Source: Raja brachyura (Eukaryota). From it: 64,000 bases of DNA. A program made the translations under genes and the position numbers. Location of the stretch: contig OY740800.1 in the NCBI GenBank assembly GCA_963514005.1, positions 30,442,001-30,506,000 of the forward strand. Direction: 5' to 3'. Shown here piece after piece: positions 34,536 to 46,755 of this stretch. Within the stretch, counting starts at the first letter, position 1. The number at the start of each line of letters is the position of its first letter. The notes below the pieces were generated by a model. It had not been told where the DNA came from. It ran no database searches and saw only the letters and a program-made list of their open reading frames with translations.

Positions 34536-37472
34536 GTGAAGAGGCCTCATCCCTTCTTCTGTCCCAGAGCCCCAGAGCTCTCAAATTTCCAATTTCCAAG
34601 CACTCGGACACAAGAGGAGAAAGAAAAAAAAGGAAATAAACAGAGAACAAGAGATGGGGGGTTTCTTAAATGTTCATATTTTAATGCTAGGAGCATTGTA
34701 AGAAAGGTGGATGAGCTTAGAGTCTGGATAGACACCTGGAAGTATGATGTTGTGGCGATCAGTGAAACATGGTTGCAGGAGGGCTGTGATTGGAAAATAA
34801 ATATTCCAGGATTTCGTTGCTTCAGGTGTGATAGAATTGGAGGGGCAAGAGGTGGAGGTGTTGCATTGCTAGTCAGGGAAGATATTACAGCAGTGCTTTG
34901 GCAGGATAGATTGGAGGGCTCATCTAGGGAGGCTATTTGGGTGGAACTTAGAAGAGGGAAAGGTGTAGCAACACTTATAGGGGTATATTATAGACCGCCA
35001 AATGGGGAACGAGAATTGGAAGAGCAAATATGTAAAGAGATAGCAGATATTAGTAGTAAGCACAAGGTAGTGATTGTGGGAGATTTCATCTTTCCACACA
35101 TAGACTGGGAAACACATTCTGTAAATGGGCTGGATGGTTTGGAGTTTGCAAAATGTGTGCAGGATAGTTTTTTGCAGCAATACATAGAGGTGCCTACTAG
35201 AGGAGGGGCAGTGCTGGACCTCCTGTTAGGAAATGAGACGGGACAGGTGGCGGAGGTATGCGTAGGGGAGCACTTCGGGTCCAGTGATCACAATACCATT
35301 AGTTTCAATATAATTATGGAGAAGGACAGAACTGGGCCTAGGGTTAAGATTTTTGATTGGAGAAAGGCTAACTTTAACGAGATGCGAGATGATTTAAAAG
35401 GAGTGAACTGGGACATTTTGTTTTATGGGAAAGATGTAGAGGAGAAATGGAGGACATTTAAAGGGGAAATTTTAAGAGTACAAAATCTTTATGTTCCTGT
35501 TCGGTTGAAAGGAACCAGTAAAAATTGGAAAGAGCCCTGGTTTTCAAGGGAAATTGGACATCTTGTTCGGAAAAAGAGGGAGATCTACAATAATTATAAG
35601 CAGCATGAAGCAAATGAGGTGCTTGAGGAGTATAAGGAATGTAAAAAGAATCTTAAGAAAGAAATTAGAAAAGCTAAAAGAAGATATGAGGTTGCTTTGG
35701 CAAGTAAGGTGAAAGTAAATCCAAAGGGTTTCTACAGCTATATTAATAGCAAAAGGATAACAAGGGATAAAATTGGTCCATTGGAGAGACCGAGTGGACA
35801 GCTATCTGCAGAGCCAAAAGAGATGGGGGAGATATTGAACAATTTATTTTCTTCGGTATTCACCAAGGAGAAGGATATTGAATTATGTGAGGTAAGGGAA
35901 ACTAGTAGAGTAGCTATGGATACTATGAGTTTCAAAGTAAAAGAAGTACTGGCACTTTTGAAAAATATAAAAGTGGATAAGTCTCCAGGTCCTGACAGGA
36001 TATTCCCTAGGACATTGAGGGAAGTTAGTGTAGAAATAGCCGGGGCTATGACAGAAATATTTCAAATGTCATTAGAAACGGGAATAGTCCCCGAGGATTG
36101 GCGTACTGCGCATGTTGTTCCATTGTTTAAAAAGGGCTCTAAAAGTAAACCTAGCAATTATAGACCGGTTAGTTTGACTTCAGTGGTGGGCAAATTAATG
36201 GAAAAGATACTTAGAGATAATATATATAAGTATCTGGATAAAGAGGGTCTAATTAGGAACAGTCAACATGGATTTATGCCTGGAAGGTCATGTTTGACTA
36301 ATCTTCTTGAATTTTTTGAAGAGGTTACTAGGGAAATTGACGAGGGTAAAGCAGTGGATGTTGTCTATATGGACTTCAGTAAGGCCTTTGACAAGGTTCC
36401 TCATGGAAGGTTGGTTAAGAAGGTTCAACTGTTGGGTATAAATGCAGGAATAGCAAGATGGATTCAACAGTGGCTGAATGGGAGAAGCCAGAGAGTAATG
36501 GTGGATGGCTGTTTGTCGGGTTGGAGGCAGGTGACTAGTGGGGTGCCTCAGGGATCTGTGTTGGGTCCTTTGTTGTTTGTCATGTACATCAATGATCTGG
36601 ATGAAGGGGTGGTAAATTGGATTAGTAAGTATGCAGATGATACCAAGATAGGGGGTGTTGTGGATAATGAAGAGGATTTCCAAAGTCTACAGAGTGATTT
36701 AGGCCAGTTGGAAAAATGGGCTGAAAGATGGCAGATGGAGTTTAATGCTGATAAATGTGAGGTGCTACACCTTGGCAGGACAAATCAAAATAGGACGTAC
36801 ATGGTAAACGGTAGGGAATTGAAGAATACAGTTGAACAGAGGGATCTGGGAATAACCGTGCATAGTTGCTTGAAGGTGGAATCTCATATAGATAGGGTGG
36901 TAAAGAAAGCTTTTGGTATGCTAGCCTTTATAAATCAGAGCATTGAGTATAGAAGCTGGGATGTAATGTTAAAATTGTACAAGGCGTTGGTGAGACCAAA
37001 TCTGGAGTATGGTGTGCAGTTTTGGTCACCCAATTATAGGAAGGATGTCAACAAAATAGAGAGGGTACAGAGGAGATTTACTAGAATGTTGCCTGGGTTT
37101 CAACAGCTAAGTTACAGAGATAGGTTAAATAAGTTAGGTCTTTATTCTCTGGAGCACAGAAGGTTAAGGGGGGACTTGATAGAGGTCTTTAAAATGATGA
37201 GAGGGATAGACAGAGTTAATGTGGACAAGCTTTTCCCTTTGAGAATAGGGAAGATTCAAACACGAGGACATGACTTTAGAATTAAGGGACAGAGGTTTAG
37301 GGGTAACATGAGGGGGAACTTCTTTACTCAGAGAGTGGTAGCGGTGTGGAATGAGCTTCCAGTGGAAGTGGTGGCGGCAGGTTCGTTGGTATCATTTAAA
37401 AATAAATTGGATAGGCATATGGATGAGAAGGGTATGGAGGGTTATGGTATGAGTGCAGGCAGGTGGGACTAA
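34536..37472 (+). CDS. CR1 LINE ORF2 (APE endonuclease + reverse transcriptase), uninterrupted frame
   Basis: APE motifs YFNARS, ISETWL, GGGVALLV, YYRPP, GDF(I), LDL, SDH; RT motifs KSPGPD, NYRPVSLTS, DFSKAFD, GVPQGSVLGP, YADD. The first ~20 codons are probably flank. Confidence 0.95.
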   Translation: MKRPHPFFCPRAPELSNFQFPSTRTQEEKEKKGNKQRTRDGGFLKCSYFNARSIVRKVDELRVWIDTWKYDVVAISETWLQEGCDWKINIPGFRCFRCDRIGGARGGGVALLVREDITAVLWQDRLEGSSREAIWVELRRGKGVATLIGVYYRPPNGERELEEQICKEIADISSKHKVVIVGDFIFPHIDWETHSVNGLDGLEFAKCVQDSFLQQYIEVPTRGGAVLDLLLGNETGQVAEVCVGEHFGSSDHNTISFNIIMEKDRTGPRVKIFDWRKANFNEMRDDLKGVNWDILFYGKDVEEKWRTFKGEILRVQNLYVPVRLKGTSKNWKEPWFSREIGHLVRKKREIYNNYKQHEANEVLEEYKECKKNLKKEIRKAKRRYEVALASKVKVNPKGFYSYINSKRITRDKIGPLERPSGQLSAEPKEMGEILNNLFSSVFTKEKDIELCEVRETSRVAMDTMSFKVKEVLALLKNIKVDKSPGPDRIFPRTLREVSVEIAGAMTEIFQMSLETGIVPEDWRTAHVVPLFKKGSKSKPSNYRPVSLTSVVGKLMEKILRDNIYKYLDKEGLIRNSQHGFMPGRSCLTNLLEFFEEVTREIDEGKAVDVVYMDFSKAFDKVPHGRLVKKVQLLGINAGIARWIQQWLNGRSQRVMVDGCLSGWRQVTSGVPQGSVLGPLLFVMYINDLDEGVVNWISKYADDTKIGGVVDNEEDFQSLQSDLGQLEKWAERWQMEFNADKCEVLHLGRTNQNRTYMVNGRELKNTVEQRDLGITVHSCLKVESHIDRVVKKAFGMLAFINQSIEYRSWDVMLKLYKALVRPNLEYGVQFWSPNYRKDVNKIERVQRRFTRMLPGFQQLSYRDRLNKLGLYSLEHRRLRGDLIEVFKMMRGIDRVNVDKLFPLRIGKIQTRGHDFRIKGQRFRGNMRGNFFTQRVVAVWNELPVEVVAAGSLVSFKNKLDRHMDEKGMEGYGMSAGRWD

Positions 37473-37552
37473 GAGAAAAAAGTTGTTCGGCACGGACTTG
37501 AAGGGCCGAGATGGCCTGTTTCCGTGCTGTAATTGTTATATGGTTATATGGT
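34603..37552 (+). mobile_element. 5'-truncated young CR1 LINE (no ORF1)
   Basis: ORF2 followed by a short 3' UTR and (GTTATATG)n tail; 5' boundary approximate; no clear TSD. Confidence 0.88.
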
Positions 37553-37941
37553 AATTATCTAAAAATATGTCATCCATATGTCACCAATGATCCAGCCTTC
37601 ACAACTCCCTGGGCCAGATTCGCCACCTCATTGGACACGAGATGCAGCTTTGCAGCACGAAAGATTGAACAAAGTGTTAAGATGAGGTCTGTTGTGGACT
37701 GGTTAGATCACAAACTGCGTGCCATCTTGTAGCATATATAAGATGGAGGTGAATTTCGCCTGCCAGGGAAATTTGAGGAGGATGTCCACTGGATGTCCAC
37801 TCCATTCCATTGGAGTCAAAGGTTTTAGTTAGGTTGTGAAAGGCCATGTGCAATACTCCCTGTATTTCTCTTGGAGTTGCCATACAGTGAAGCTCATATT
37901 CACTGTGCCTCAAGAAAGTCCCTCAATACTGCACTGCAGTG

Positions 37942-38618
37942 ATAGAAACATAGGAAAATAGGTGCAGGAGTAGGCCATTCGGCCCTTCAAGCCGGCACCG
38001 CCATTCAATATGATCATGGCTGATCATCTAAAATCAATACTCCATTCCTGCTTTTTCTCATATCCCTTGATTCATTTAGCCCTAAGAGCTAAATCTAACT
38101 CCCACTTGAAAACATGCAGTGAATTGGCCACTGCCTTCTGTGGCAGAGAATTCCACAGATTCACAACTCTCTGGGTGAAAACGTTTTTCCTCATCTCAGT
38201 CTTAAATGGCCTTCCCCTTATTCTTAAACTGTGACCCCTGGTTCTGGACCCCCTACATCGGGAATATTTTACCTGCATCTAACCTGTCCAATCCCTGAAG
38301 AATTTTATTGTGTTTCTTTAAGATCTCTGCTCATCCTTCTAAATTCCAGTGAATACAAGCCCAGTTGACCTATTCTTTCATCATATGTCTGTCTCGCCAT
38401 CCCGGGAATTAAACTAGTGAACCTCCACTGCACCCTCAAAAGCAATAATGTTCTTCGTCAAATTAGGAGACCAAATTTGCGTAAAATACTCCAGGTGTGG
38501 TCTCACCAGGGCCCTGTACAACTGCAATAGGACCTCCTTGCTCCTAAACTCAAATCCTCTTGCAATGAAGGACAACATGCCATTAGCTTTCTTCACTGCC
38601 TGCTGTACCTGCATGCTT
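37942..38618 (-). mobile_element. CR1 3' fragment
   Basis: QVQQAVKKANGML.FIARGFEFRSKEVLLQLYRALVRPHLEY and TRGHSLRIRGRPFKTEMRKN.FTQRVVNLWNSLP. Confidence 0.9.
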
Positions 38619-38619
38619 A

Positions 38620-38882
38620 AGGGGCTGTCGCACTTGGGCGACCTAATTGGCGAGTTTAGAAGAGTTTGAAAAAATGACATGTTGAAGACCTCCTTCGACT
38701 ATTTAGAAGATCTCTTTCGATCTCCTTCCACTATGTTGAAGACGAGCTTCGACTAGCAACGACTAACTTCGGGAAAATTGGACACCGAATAGTGGAGAGT
38801 GAAGACGATCTCCTTTCGACCTCCCTTCGACTATGATGAAGACTATCTACGACTACCCTCGATTACCTACGACTAACATGCC
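38620..38882. mobile_element. One-ended Harbinger-like MITE fragment with internal short repeats
   Basis: TTA|AGGGGCTGTCGCAC start resembles the TIR at 33192; repeated gaagac..ccttcgactat units; no right TIR found. Confidence 0.5.
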
Positions 38883-39316
38883 GCAATCCTGCTGCCTCTC
38901 CAGCAGTATGACAGTTTACTACACCATAACAGCAATGCCACCTCCGTTTTGTCACTTTGGCAGGATGTAGCTTGCATTGGCCCTGACCTGCCCTTGCATA
39001 ATTATCTCAAGTCCCTTGTGTAGAGTTGAAACCAGTAGCCTTCATAGTCAGGGATGAGAGAGTGAGCCACTTGAGCATATAGCTGACACCTGCCTGTAGG
39101 GGAAACCGATTTCCGATATTTGTAGAATGCTTTGGTTATTCTGTTCACACTCAGTTCTCTCATTAATCAACATGCTTTAAATGGCAAATAACTGTGTTAA
39201 AATAGTTTAGTTTGTGAAATACTAAGCGGTGGAAACCACGCACCAATTATACTAAGCCTCAGTGTGAAAGTTGCAGTGTATTGGAGATGACAAACAGGAC
39301 CCTTTGTTTTCTGCAG

Positions 39317-39612
39317 GCTCTCTGCTGGCAGTACAGTATGTGTATGCAGAGGTAACCAGGATCCTGCCAACTCCAGACGGGATGGTGGCCAGCACGAGAC
39401 TGGGCTACCTCATCCGAGAGAGCTTCACATGCCCGCCCGTTGTTGATCCGAGTTACAACGTGCTCAGGGGCATCAAGGCCAGCTGCTCTGTGAGGTCCAG
39501 GGAGGGTAAGGGCTCCACTGCCAGCAGGGACGGTGGCAGGAAGACTCTGAGAAGCTCAGAGACTTGTACCCCACATCAGACCACGCCCTCTCGCATCTGC
39601 TCCTTGCTCTGA
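39317..39612 (+). CDS. NWD1: NWD1 terminal coding exon
   Basis: ttttctgcag|GC TCT...; SLLAVQYVYAEVTRILPT..GMVASTRLGYLIRESFTC...RICSLL-TGA. Confidence 0.92.
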
Positions 39613-40307
39613 ACGCGTGGGCAACACTTCCTGCCGCTCAGCGAATGACTCGTCCCCACTGAAACGCCAGCAATCAACATGCTATCAAAGGACACGCCTC
39701 AACGCACAGAGGCTGCTCAGTTCTATTAATAGCAACCTGATCAGATTAATTAGATAACGCAAGAAGTTCTCTGCTCGCTGAGCGGCCTCCTGGAATGGGA
39801 AATTCTGGGAACTCCCCTCTCCAACTTTCCTGTTGGTGCTGACATTCGCTCCCTCCCCCAAGTCTGCTGACTGTTCTTCCATTTGATCGCTCATGAAGTG
39901 TGGGTGACACTGCAGGTCAACTGTTGCTTCCCTCCCCTCCCCCCCCCCCCCCCCCCACCACGATTTTGAACTCGGTTAGATGCTGTGCATTGTACAGTAT
40001 TTGACACAACAAATGGCCTACTCCTGCACCTAATTTCTATGTTTCTATGTCTGGACTCACATTTCAATCAGTCGAGTAATGGTCGGGCATTATCCGATGA
40101 ACCAAGTGGGTTAATCTAATTCAGCATCATTATTGTCATGTCATTGTATATCGATTGCTCAAATTAAACAAATCAAAGTAATTTTAATTCCTTGAATTTT
40201 GATGCCTATTTCAAACACTTTTACTGATGGACTGGAACGGGTATACAGTGTCAGCCTGGATTCTGTTTGCATCTCTAACTCCAGCTTATACCTACAACAA
40301 CCTTTCT

Positions 40308-40900
40308 TCTGAAGATAGACACAAAAAGCTGGAGTAACTCAGCGGGTTAGGCGAAATAAGTGACGTTTCGGGTCGAGAACCTTCTTCAGACCGAGAGTCA
40401 GGGGAGAGGGAAAGGAGAGATATGAAAAGGTACATAGAACAATCGAATGAAAGACATGGATAAGGACCAATGAAAGCCAACAAAATGATCAAGGAAAGGT
40501 GGAGCTCAGAATGGTCCATTGTTAACTGTGGAGGTGATAACGAGTGATACAAATGGTGAAACTTAGTAGGACGACAGTGAAACCATGACGACAACTAGGG
40601 TGAGGAAGGGACGGATAGAGAGGATGCAGAGGTTACTTAAAGTTAGATAAATCAATATTCATACCGTTGGGTTGCAAGCTCTCCTAGTGAAATATGAGGT
40701 GTGTTCCTCCAAATTGCATCTGACAGTGGAGGAAGCCCAGGACAGATAGATTAGTATCGGTATGGATTTAAAGTGTTTGGCAACCCGGAGATCACCTAGG
40801 CCCATGTGGACTGAGCGAAAGTGTTCAGAGAAATTATCCCTTAGTCTGCGCTTGGTGTTGCAGATATAGGGAGTCCACACCTAGAACAGTGGATACAGTC
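40308..40900 (-). mobile_element. Penelope/Poseidon-like element 3' fragment: GIY-YIG remnant plus terminal repeat with hammerhead core
   Basis: Minus strand YICNTKRRLRDNFSEHFRSV...VAKHF matches the YIG-T-R.L..RF.EH pattern of PLE endonucleases. It runs into the repeat with GGU CUGAAGA A GGUUCUCGACCC GAAAC GUC ACU (40359-40392). Confidence 0.8.
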
Positions 40901-40914
40901 GTCCAGTTGCCAAG

Positions 40915-41930
40915 CTGTAGACGTCTATATGGACTTCAGCAAAGCGTTTGATAATGTTCCACATAGGAGGCTGCTCTGGGAGATTAGAACGCATGGGATC
41001 CAGGGAGAGGTAGCCGACTGGATAAAGAATTGGCTTCATGGAAGGAAGCAAAGGATGTTGGTGGAAGGTTGTTTATCGGACTGAGGCCTACTAGTGGTAT
41101 GCCTCAGGGATTGATGTAGGGCCTGTTGCTGTTTGCGGTTGATATTCATGATTTAGATGAGAATGTACACGGCATGATTAATAAGTTTGCAGATGACACT
41201 AAAGTGGGTGGTATCGCCGTTAGTGAAGATGGCGCAGGGACGGAAATCCTGGGGGGGTGGCAGGGATGACATGCCCCCTCCCCCCCCTCTGTTTTGGGGG
41301 GGGGGGGGGACAATTCCCCCCCCCCCCCCCATGTTTTGTAATCCAGACTTAATCAGATGCTTTTTAAGGGCTGAATCGGCCCGTTCGCAGCATGGAGGTG
41401 ATCGAGCCTCAGCACTCAGAATGTGCTGCATCGAGGTGATCGAGGCTCCTGATGTTGAAGCCCTCGTCGGCCGATTCAAACCCCATGATTTGGGGTGGAC
41501 GAAGCTGCTGTTGCTGGAATTCGGAGTCAGTCACCAACCAGGTCAGCTCCCGATGTTACCGGCCACAGGGCCCACGGCCGAAGCCTTGCGTGTGTGCGCA
41601 TGCATGCGCGTGGCCGCAAAGGAATTGTGTCCTCTGCATGTTTTGTTAGCGATTTCCATGCCTGGCTATCAAAAATTACAGGATATTAATCTGTTGCGCA
41701 AATGGACTGAGGAATGGTTAACGGAGTTTGTTAGATACCCGTGAGTTGCATTTTGGGAATTCAAACAAGGATATAACCTTCACAGTTAATGGTAAAGGCA
41801 CAGAGAGATCCAGGAATACAGGTATATAGTTCCTGAAAGTGGCATCACAGGTAGATAGAGTGTTCAAGAAAGCTTTAGGTATATTGGCCTTCGGTCAGGA
41901 TATTGAGTATAGAAGTTGGGATGTATGTTT
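40915..41930 (+). mobile_element. Degraded CR1 RT fragment interrupted by a TIR element
   Basis: YMDFSKAFD.VPH.RLL and KFADDTKVGG; resumes at about 41665. Confidence 0.75.
41235..41664. mobile_element. Putative non-autonomous DNA transposon (hAT-like CAGG ends)
   Basis: CAGGGACGGAAATC ... GATTTCCATGCCTG are imperfect inverted ends that interrupt the CR1 sequence; no clean 8-bp TSD. Confidence 0.55.
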
Positions 41931-42089
41931 CATTTGGACAGGTATTTCCAGTTTCTGTGAGACCTGCTTTGATGTTCCGATAAAGGGTCAGAGACTGGGA
42001 ACATGATCATATGAACAGATCTTTGGCCCAGCCCTGTGAAGACTATCAAGCACTCCTTGTACTACTCCCATTTTATTCTCATCAAAAGA

Positions 42090-42822
42090 ATGTGGTAGCT
42101 ATAGAGATTGCACAAGAGATTTTCCAGGAATAAGGGGTTTTAGCTATAAGGAGAGATTGTATAGCTGGAGTTTAATGCAGATAAGCTGTGCCACTGCACT
42201 GTCCCAAAGGTGTACAGGTACATAGTTAGCTGAAAGTGGTATCACTGTGTATAGGGTGGTAAAGAAGGGTTTTGATGGACTTCATTAGTGAGTATAAAAG
42301 TTGGGAGGTTATGTTGCAGTTGTACAAGACATTGATGATGCCACATTTCGATTACTGCAATCAGTTTTGGTCACCCTGTTGTAGGAAGAATGTCATTAAG
42401 CTGGAACGAATGGAGAGAAGATTTATGAGGATGTTTCCAACATCCAAGGGCCTTAGCTATCATGAATGGTTGGGCATGCTAGGACTTTATTCCTAGGAGT
42501 GCAGGAATGCTGAAGGGTGATCTTGTAGAATTATATAAAATCATGAGGGAAATTCATCGGGTGAATGCACAAAGTATTTTCCAAGGGAAGGGAAATTAAG
42601 AACCAGAGGACATAGGTTTAAAGTGAGAGGGGCAAGATCTTATATATACATAAATCCGAGGGGCAATTTTTTGACTGAGTGGTGGGTATATGGAAGAAGC
42701 TGCCAGAGGAGGTAGTTAAGCCACGTACTATCACAGCATTGGAAAGGCACTTAAGACAGGTACATGGATAGGAAAGAAAGAGGGATATGGCCAAATACAG
42801 GAAAATTGGACTAGCTTAGATG
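42090..42822 (+). mobile_element. Degraded CR1 3' fragment(s)
   Basis: EYKSWEVMLQLYKTL..PHFDYC.QFWSP..RKNVIKLER..RRF.RM. Confidence 0.8.
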
Positions 42823-43605
42823 CTTATAATTCAACGATGTCATTCATTTTAATGGAATATCTTTCTAAATAGTGAGAAGGGATTGTAGGGAATAAAACAC
42901 AAAGGTTTGACATGCAAGTCAAACAAATAATATATTGGCCTTCACAGCAAAGGGTGGGTTAAGAAAGACAGTGACATTTCAGAACTTCAGTAACCCACAG
43001 CCAGAGTGTCATTTGAATTTAGTTTTGGAATCGATGGTGTGATAGTCATACAACATGGAAACAGGCCATTCTGTCCTACTCATCCATGCTTACCAAGATG
43101 CCCCATCTAACCTAGTCCCATTTGCCTGTGTTTGGTTCATACCCCTCTTTAGAGATTCTCTATGATGTAGATTGTCCAGATTGCTTGCTGGGTGAGTGGG
43201 TTGTCTTATCATGGGGTGATTCAGTAGGGCACCCTCTTGACTTGATTAAAGAATGATCTATTTGAAATATATAAGATGCTGAGAGATACAAAGTGCCAGT
43301 TTCCCCTTGGTGGAAGGTCCAGAACAAGAGACACAATTGTGCAAAACAAAAGGTCAACCATTTACGAAGTAGTTGAAGAAGTAACCTCTTTAATTAAAGT
43401 ACTGCGAATCTTTAGATCTCTCCATATAAAAGGGTGCGTGTATTTAGTATCAAAAATAATCACGATTATTGGACTTTCAAGGAAGATGGGTGTCATGTGG
43501 AAATTGGGTGAATGGCAGGGTAGATAAGTGGAGTGAAATGTCTTACTAGTTTTTTTCTCCTTTGCTCTTATGTCACATCTCATCACATACATTCTTCCAC
43601 ACAAT

Positions 43606-43736
43606 TGAAGGGGGGGTCTCGACCCGGAACGTCACCCATTCCGTCTCTCCAGAGATGCTGCCTCTCCTGTTGAGTTACTCCAGCATTTTGTGTCTTATCT
43701 TTGGCTTAAACCAGCATCTGCAGTTCCTTCCTACAC
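43606..43736 (+). repeat. Penelope-derived terminal-repeat fragment
   Basis: gggtctcgacccggaacgtcacccattcc...gagttactccagcattttgtgtc...ccagcatctgcagttccttcct. Confidence 0.75.
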
Positions 43737-46700
43737 AACTTCTTAAGCCATGGGCATATCTTCCCTGGTTTCAGTAACTCCATGGACTCGTCTTGCACCA
43801 TTGGTAATATCTCTCTCTCAGCTTGCTCCACACTAGCTTGCTCAGGGGATGGGAACAAAGGAAATTCAAAGAGAAAGACAAAGCAGGAAGGGGAAATGAG
43901 CAAGGTTGAAAGTGAAACACTTCATTGTCAATACTTGGTGAACAAAACTAGCAAATAAATATTCCAGGATATTTGTCATTTAGGGAGAAATGGGGGTGGG
44001 GATGGGGGTGGGAGATGACATGGCATTATTATTAGAGAGGTTAAAATGCAGTGGGGAAAAATTATATTGACTGATCATGTCAAAGAATTGGAATCTATCT
44101 CTGAAGACCAAAGGATTAGGAAAGAACAGAAGGAAGTACTTGGAGGCCACCAAATAGTGGTTGTGATATTGGATGCACCTTAAATCAGGAAATTAGAGAT
44201 GTTTGTGGAGATGTGGGGGTTTAACTTGGAAAAAGACTGAGCAAATCAAATCTGTTGTAATAAGGTGGAAGATTATCACATGGAAAATATTCATCACTTT
44301 TCCGGATAAATATGGGTGGCATCGCTGTACAGCTACTAGAACTGCTACCTTGCAGCACTAAAGATCTTGTGTACGGTGCATGTTCATCTGTGACCACATG
44401 GGTTTCCTCTGAATGCTCTGGTTTCCTCCCACATCCCAAAGACGTGTAGATTGTCAGGTTGATTGGTGCTGTAAATTGCCCCAAGTGTGTTGGTAGGTTG
44501 TAGAATCGGTGGGGAATAATGATGCAAATGTGAGGAGATTAAAAAGTAGGGTTAACGTTGGATTGGTGTTAATGGGAGACTGATGGACAGCACTGACTCT
44601 GCATGCTGAAGAGCCTGTTTTTTTGCGTATGGTGATGTGATTCTAAATATGTTGAGGAACTAACTAGAAAAACTATTGTGGATCCCGTTTTGTACAATTA
44701 GAAGGAAATGATTGATAACATGATTGAGTGGACCGAGACATAGACTGAACAAAATATGACGCCATTTTACATTGAACTCCAGTACTTCCAAAGCCAAATG
44801 TGAAACGAATTAAACCTAAACCGAGGAGACCCTGAAGGCAAGAGAGAAGAGTTAGCCGAGGTTGATTGGGAGAATACATTTAAAGACATGACAGTGGATA
44901 GTCAATAGTTAACATAGAACAAAGAACAATACAGCACAGGACCCACACTTTGTGCTGACCATGGTGACAATTTAAAATAATCCCATCTGCCTGCACATGG
45001 TCTATATCCCCCCCCATTACCCGCCAGTGCATGTGACTGTCTAAATACCTCTTAAATATTGTTATCGTATCTGTTTCCACCACCAACCCTGGCAGCCACT
45101 ACTCTGTAAAGTAAAAACTTGCTTTGCAAATAATTTTTAAACTTTTGCCCTCTCATCTTGAACGTACGCCCCCTAGTATTTGATATTTCCATGCTCAGAA
45201 AAAGACTAATTATTCACTCTATCTATGCCTCTCAGAAGTAACATGCAAGATTTTGGAAAAAAAAAATCCTTTAAGCGCAAAAACACAAAGGAAAAGTGAT
45301 TTATCTGTAGCCGACCAAAGAGATTAAAGCTAGTATTCAATCTAAACTCAAGGTACATAAAGTTGCCAGAAATTACAGTAAGCATGAGGACTGGGCGCAT
45401 TTTAAGAACTCAGCAGAGGACCAAGGAATTGATAAGGCCAAGATAGAAGTGTGAAGTGTAGATTGGTGAGAAAAGATAAAAACAAACTTAGTTATATCGG
45501 CTCATAAAAAGGAAAACGAGGATGAATGGGACACCTGATAGACTGAGACAGGAACATTTATAAAGGGGAATAAGGAAATGGCAGAGGAATTAAACAAATC
45601 CTTTGTTTTTGTCTTCAGAGAAGACAATAATGTGCAAAAGCTGCACAATTTATGTGAAGTGAGGGTCGAGAGAGCATGCGGTGCTGAAGGAAATAATTCA
45701 GAATCCAGAAAGTGCTAGACAAGTCAGTGAGCTTGAAAGCTGATAAATCCTAAAGACCAGGTACTCTATATTAAAGAGTTTTGAAAGAGGTGGCTTAATG
45801 TTTGTAGATTCTAGAGTTGCCCCTGTGGTAGCAAATATGAGCCCAGAGTTTAAGAAAGAATATAGAGAGCAGACATGAACTACTGGTCTGTAAGCCTGAT
45901 GTCAGTGGTGGGGAAAACACCGCCATTCATGCACTGCATGTAATAACATTAGATTGGGCAGAGTTAACATCAATTTATGACTGATGTCTTAAGAGTTCTT
46001 TCAGGATGTAGCGAGTAGAATAGATAAGTATTGAGAACTCTTTTATCCAGACTCCTCGTCTCAATGAGAGCTCCATCCACAACCACGTCTCTCGTCCCTC
46101 CTCCCGTGCCAACAATATTTCCACGAGTGAATCGCTCTTCCCATCTCTCAGCTGATGGATATGTCACTCTTCGCCCACCTCCAACCTCATTGCATCTTTC
46201 ATTCCCCTTCCTTTAGAGTCATAGTCTTACAGCTCGGGAACAGGCCCGAATGAAAACCTAGCCTGCCCAACCTCTCTCTATAGTTCAGGCCCTCAGGAGC
46301 TGGCAACATCCTTGTAAATCTTCGCTGCACTCTTTCCAGCTTAATGACATTCTTTCTATAACAGGGTGACCAAAACGGAACTTTCTCGGGAAAGACTCCA
46401 CCACAGGCATTTAGTGAATTATTTTCCACATCAGTCACTGCAAATATAACAATAAGCCTATAGAAAGATGAGGCATAGATGAGTTTTAGGAATATTTTAT
46501 CATTGGTTTGATGTATCAGTGCAACTTGTGCTGATGAGTCTGTCTCTCCCGCTTCCCCCAACCTCCATGTGGCTTCACAAAGGCAGAAGACTGCCCGGAA
46601 ATTGGATGTACCCTAATCCACGGAGGAAGTGGAAACTAGCACTGGGTCTATTGCTGGTACACAGGGTGGTGAGAAGCCTGCCTGGCATTATTCACACTTA

Positions 46701-46755
46701 TCTCACACTCTGCAGTCTATCACAACTAACTGCTGCACTCCAACGATGACATCGA

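Noticed and set aside
38680-38880. Short repeated gaagac..ttcgacta units resembling a CRISPR-like array
   Set aside because: Irregular, no unique spacers, eukaryotic context; they look like subterminal repeats of a MITE
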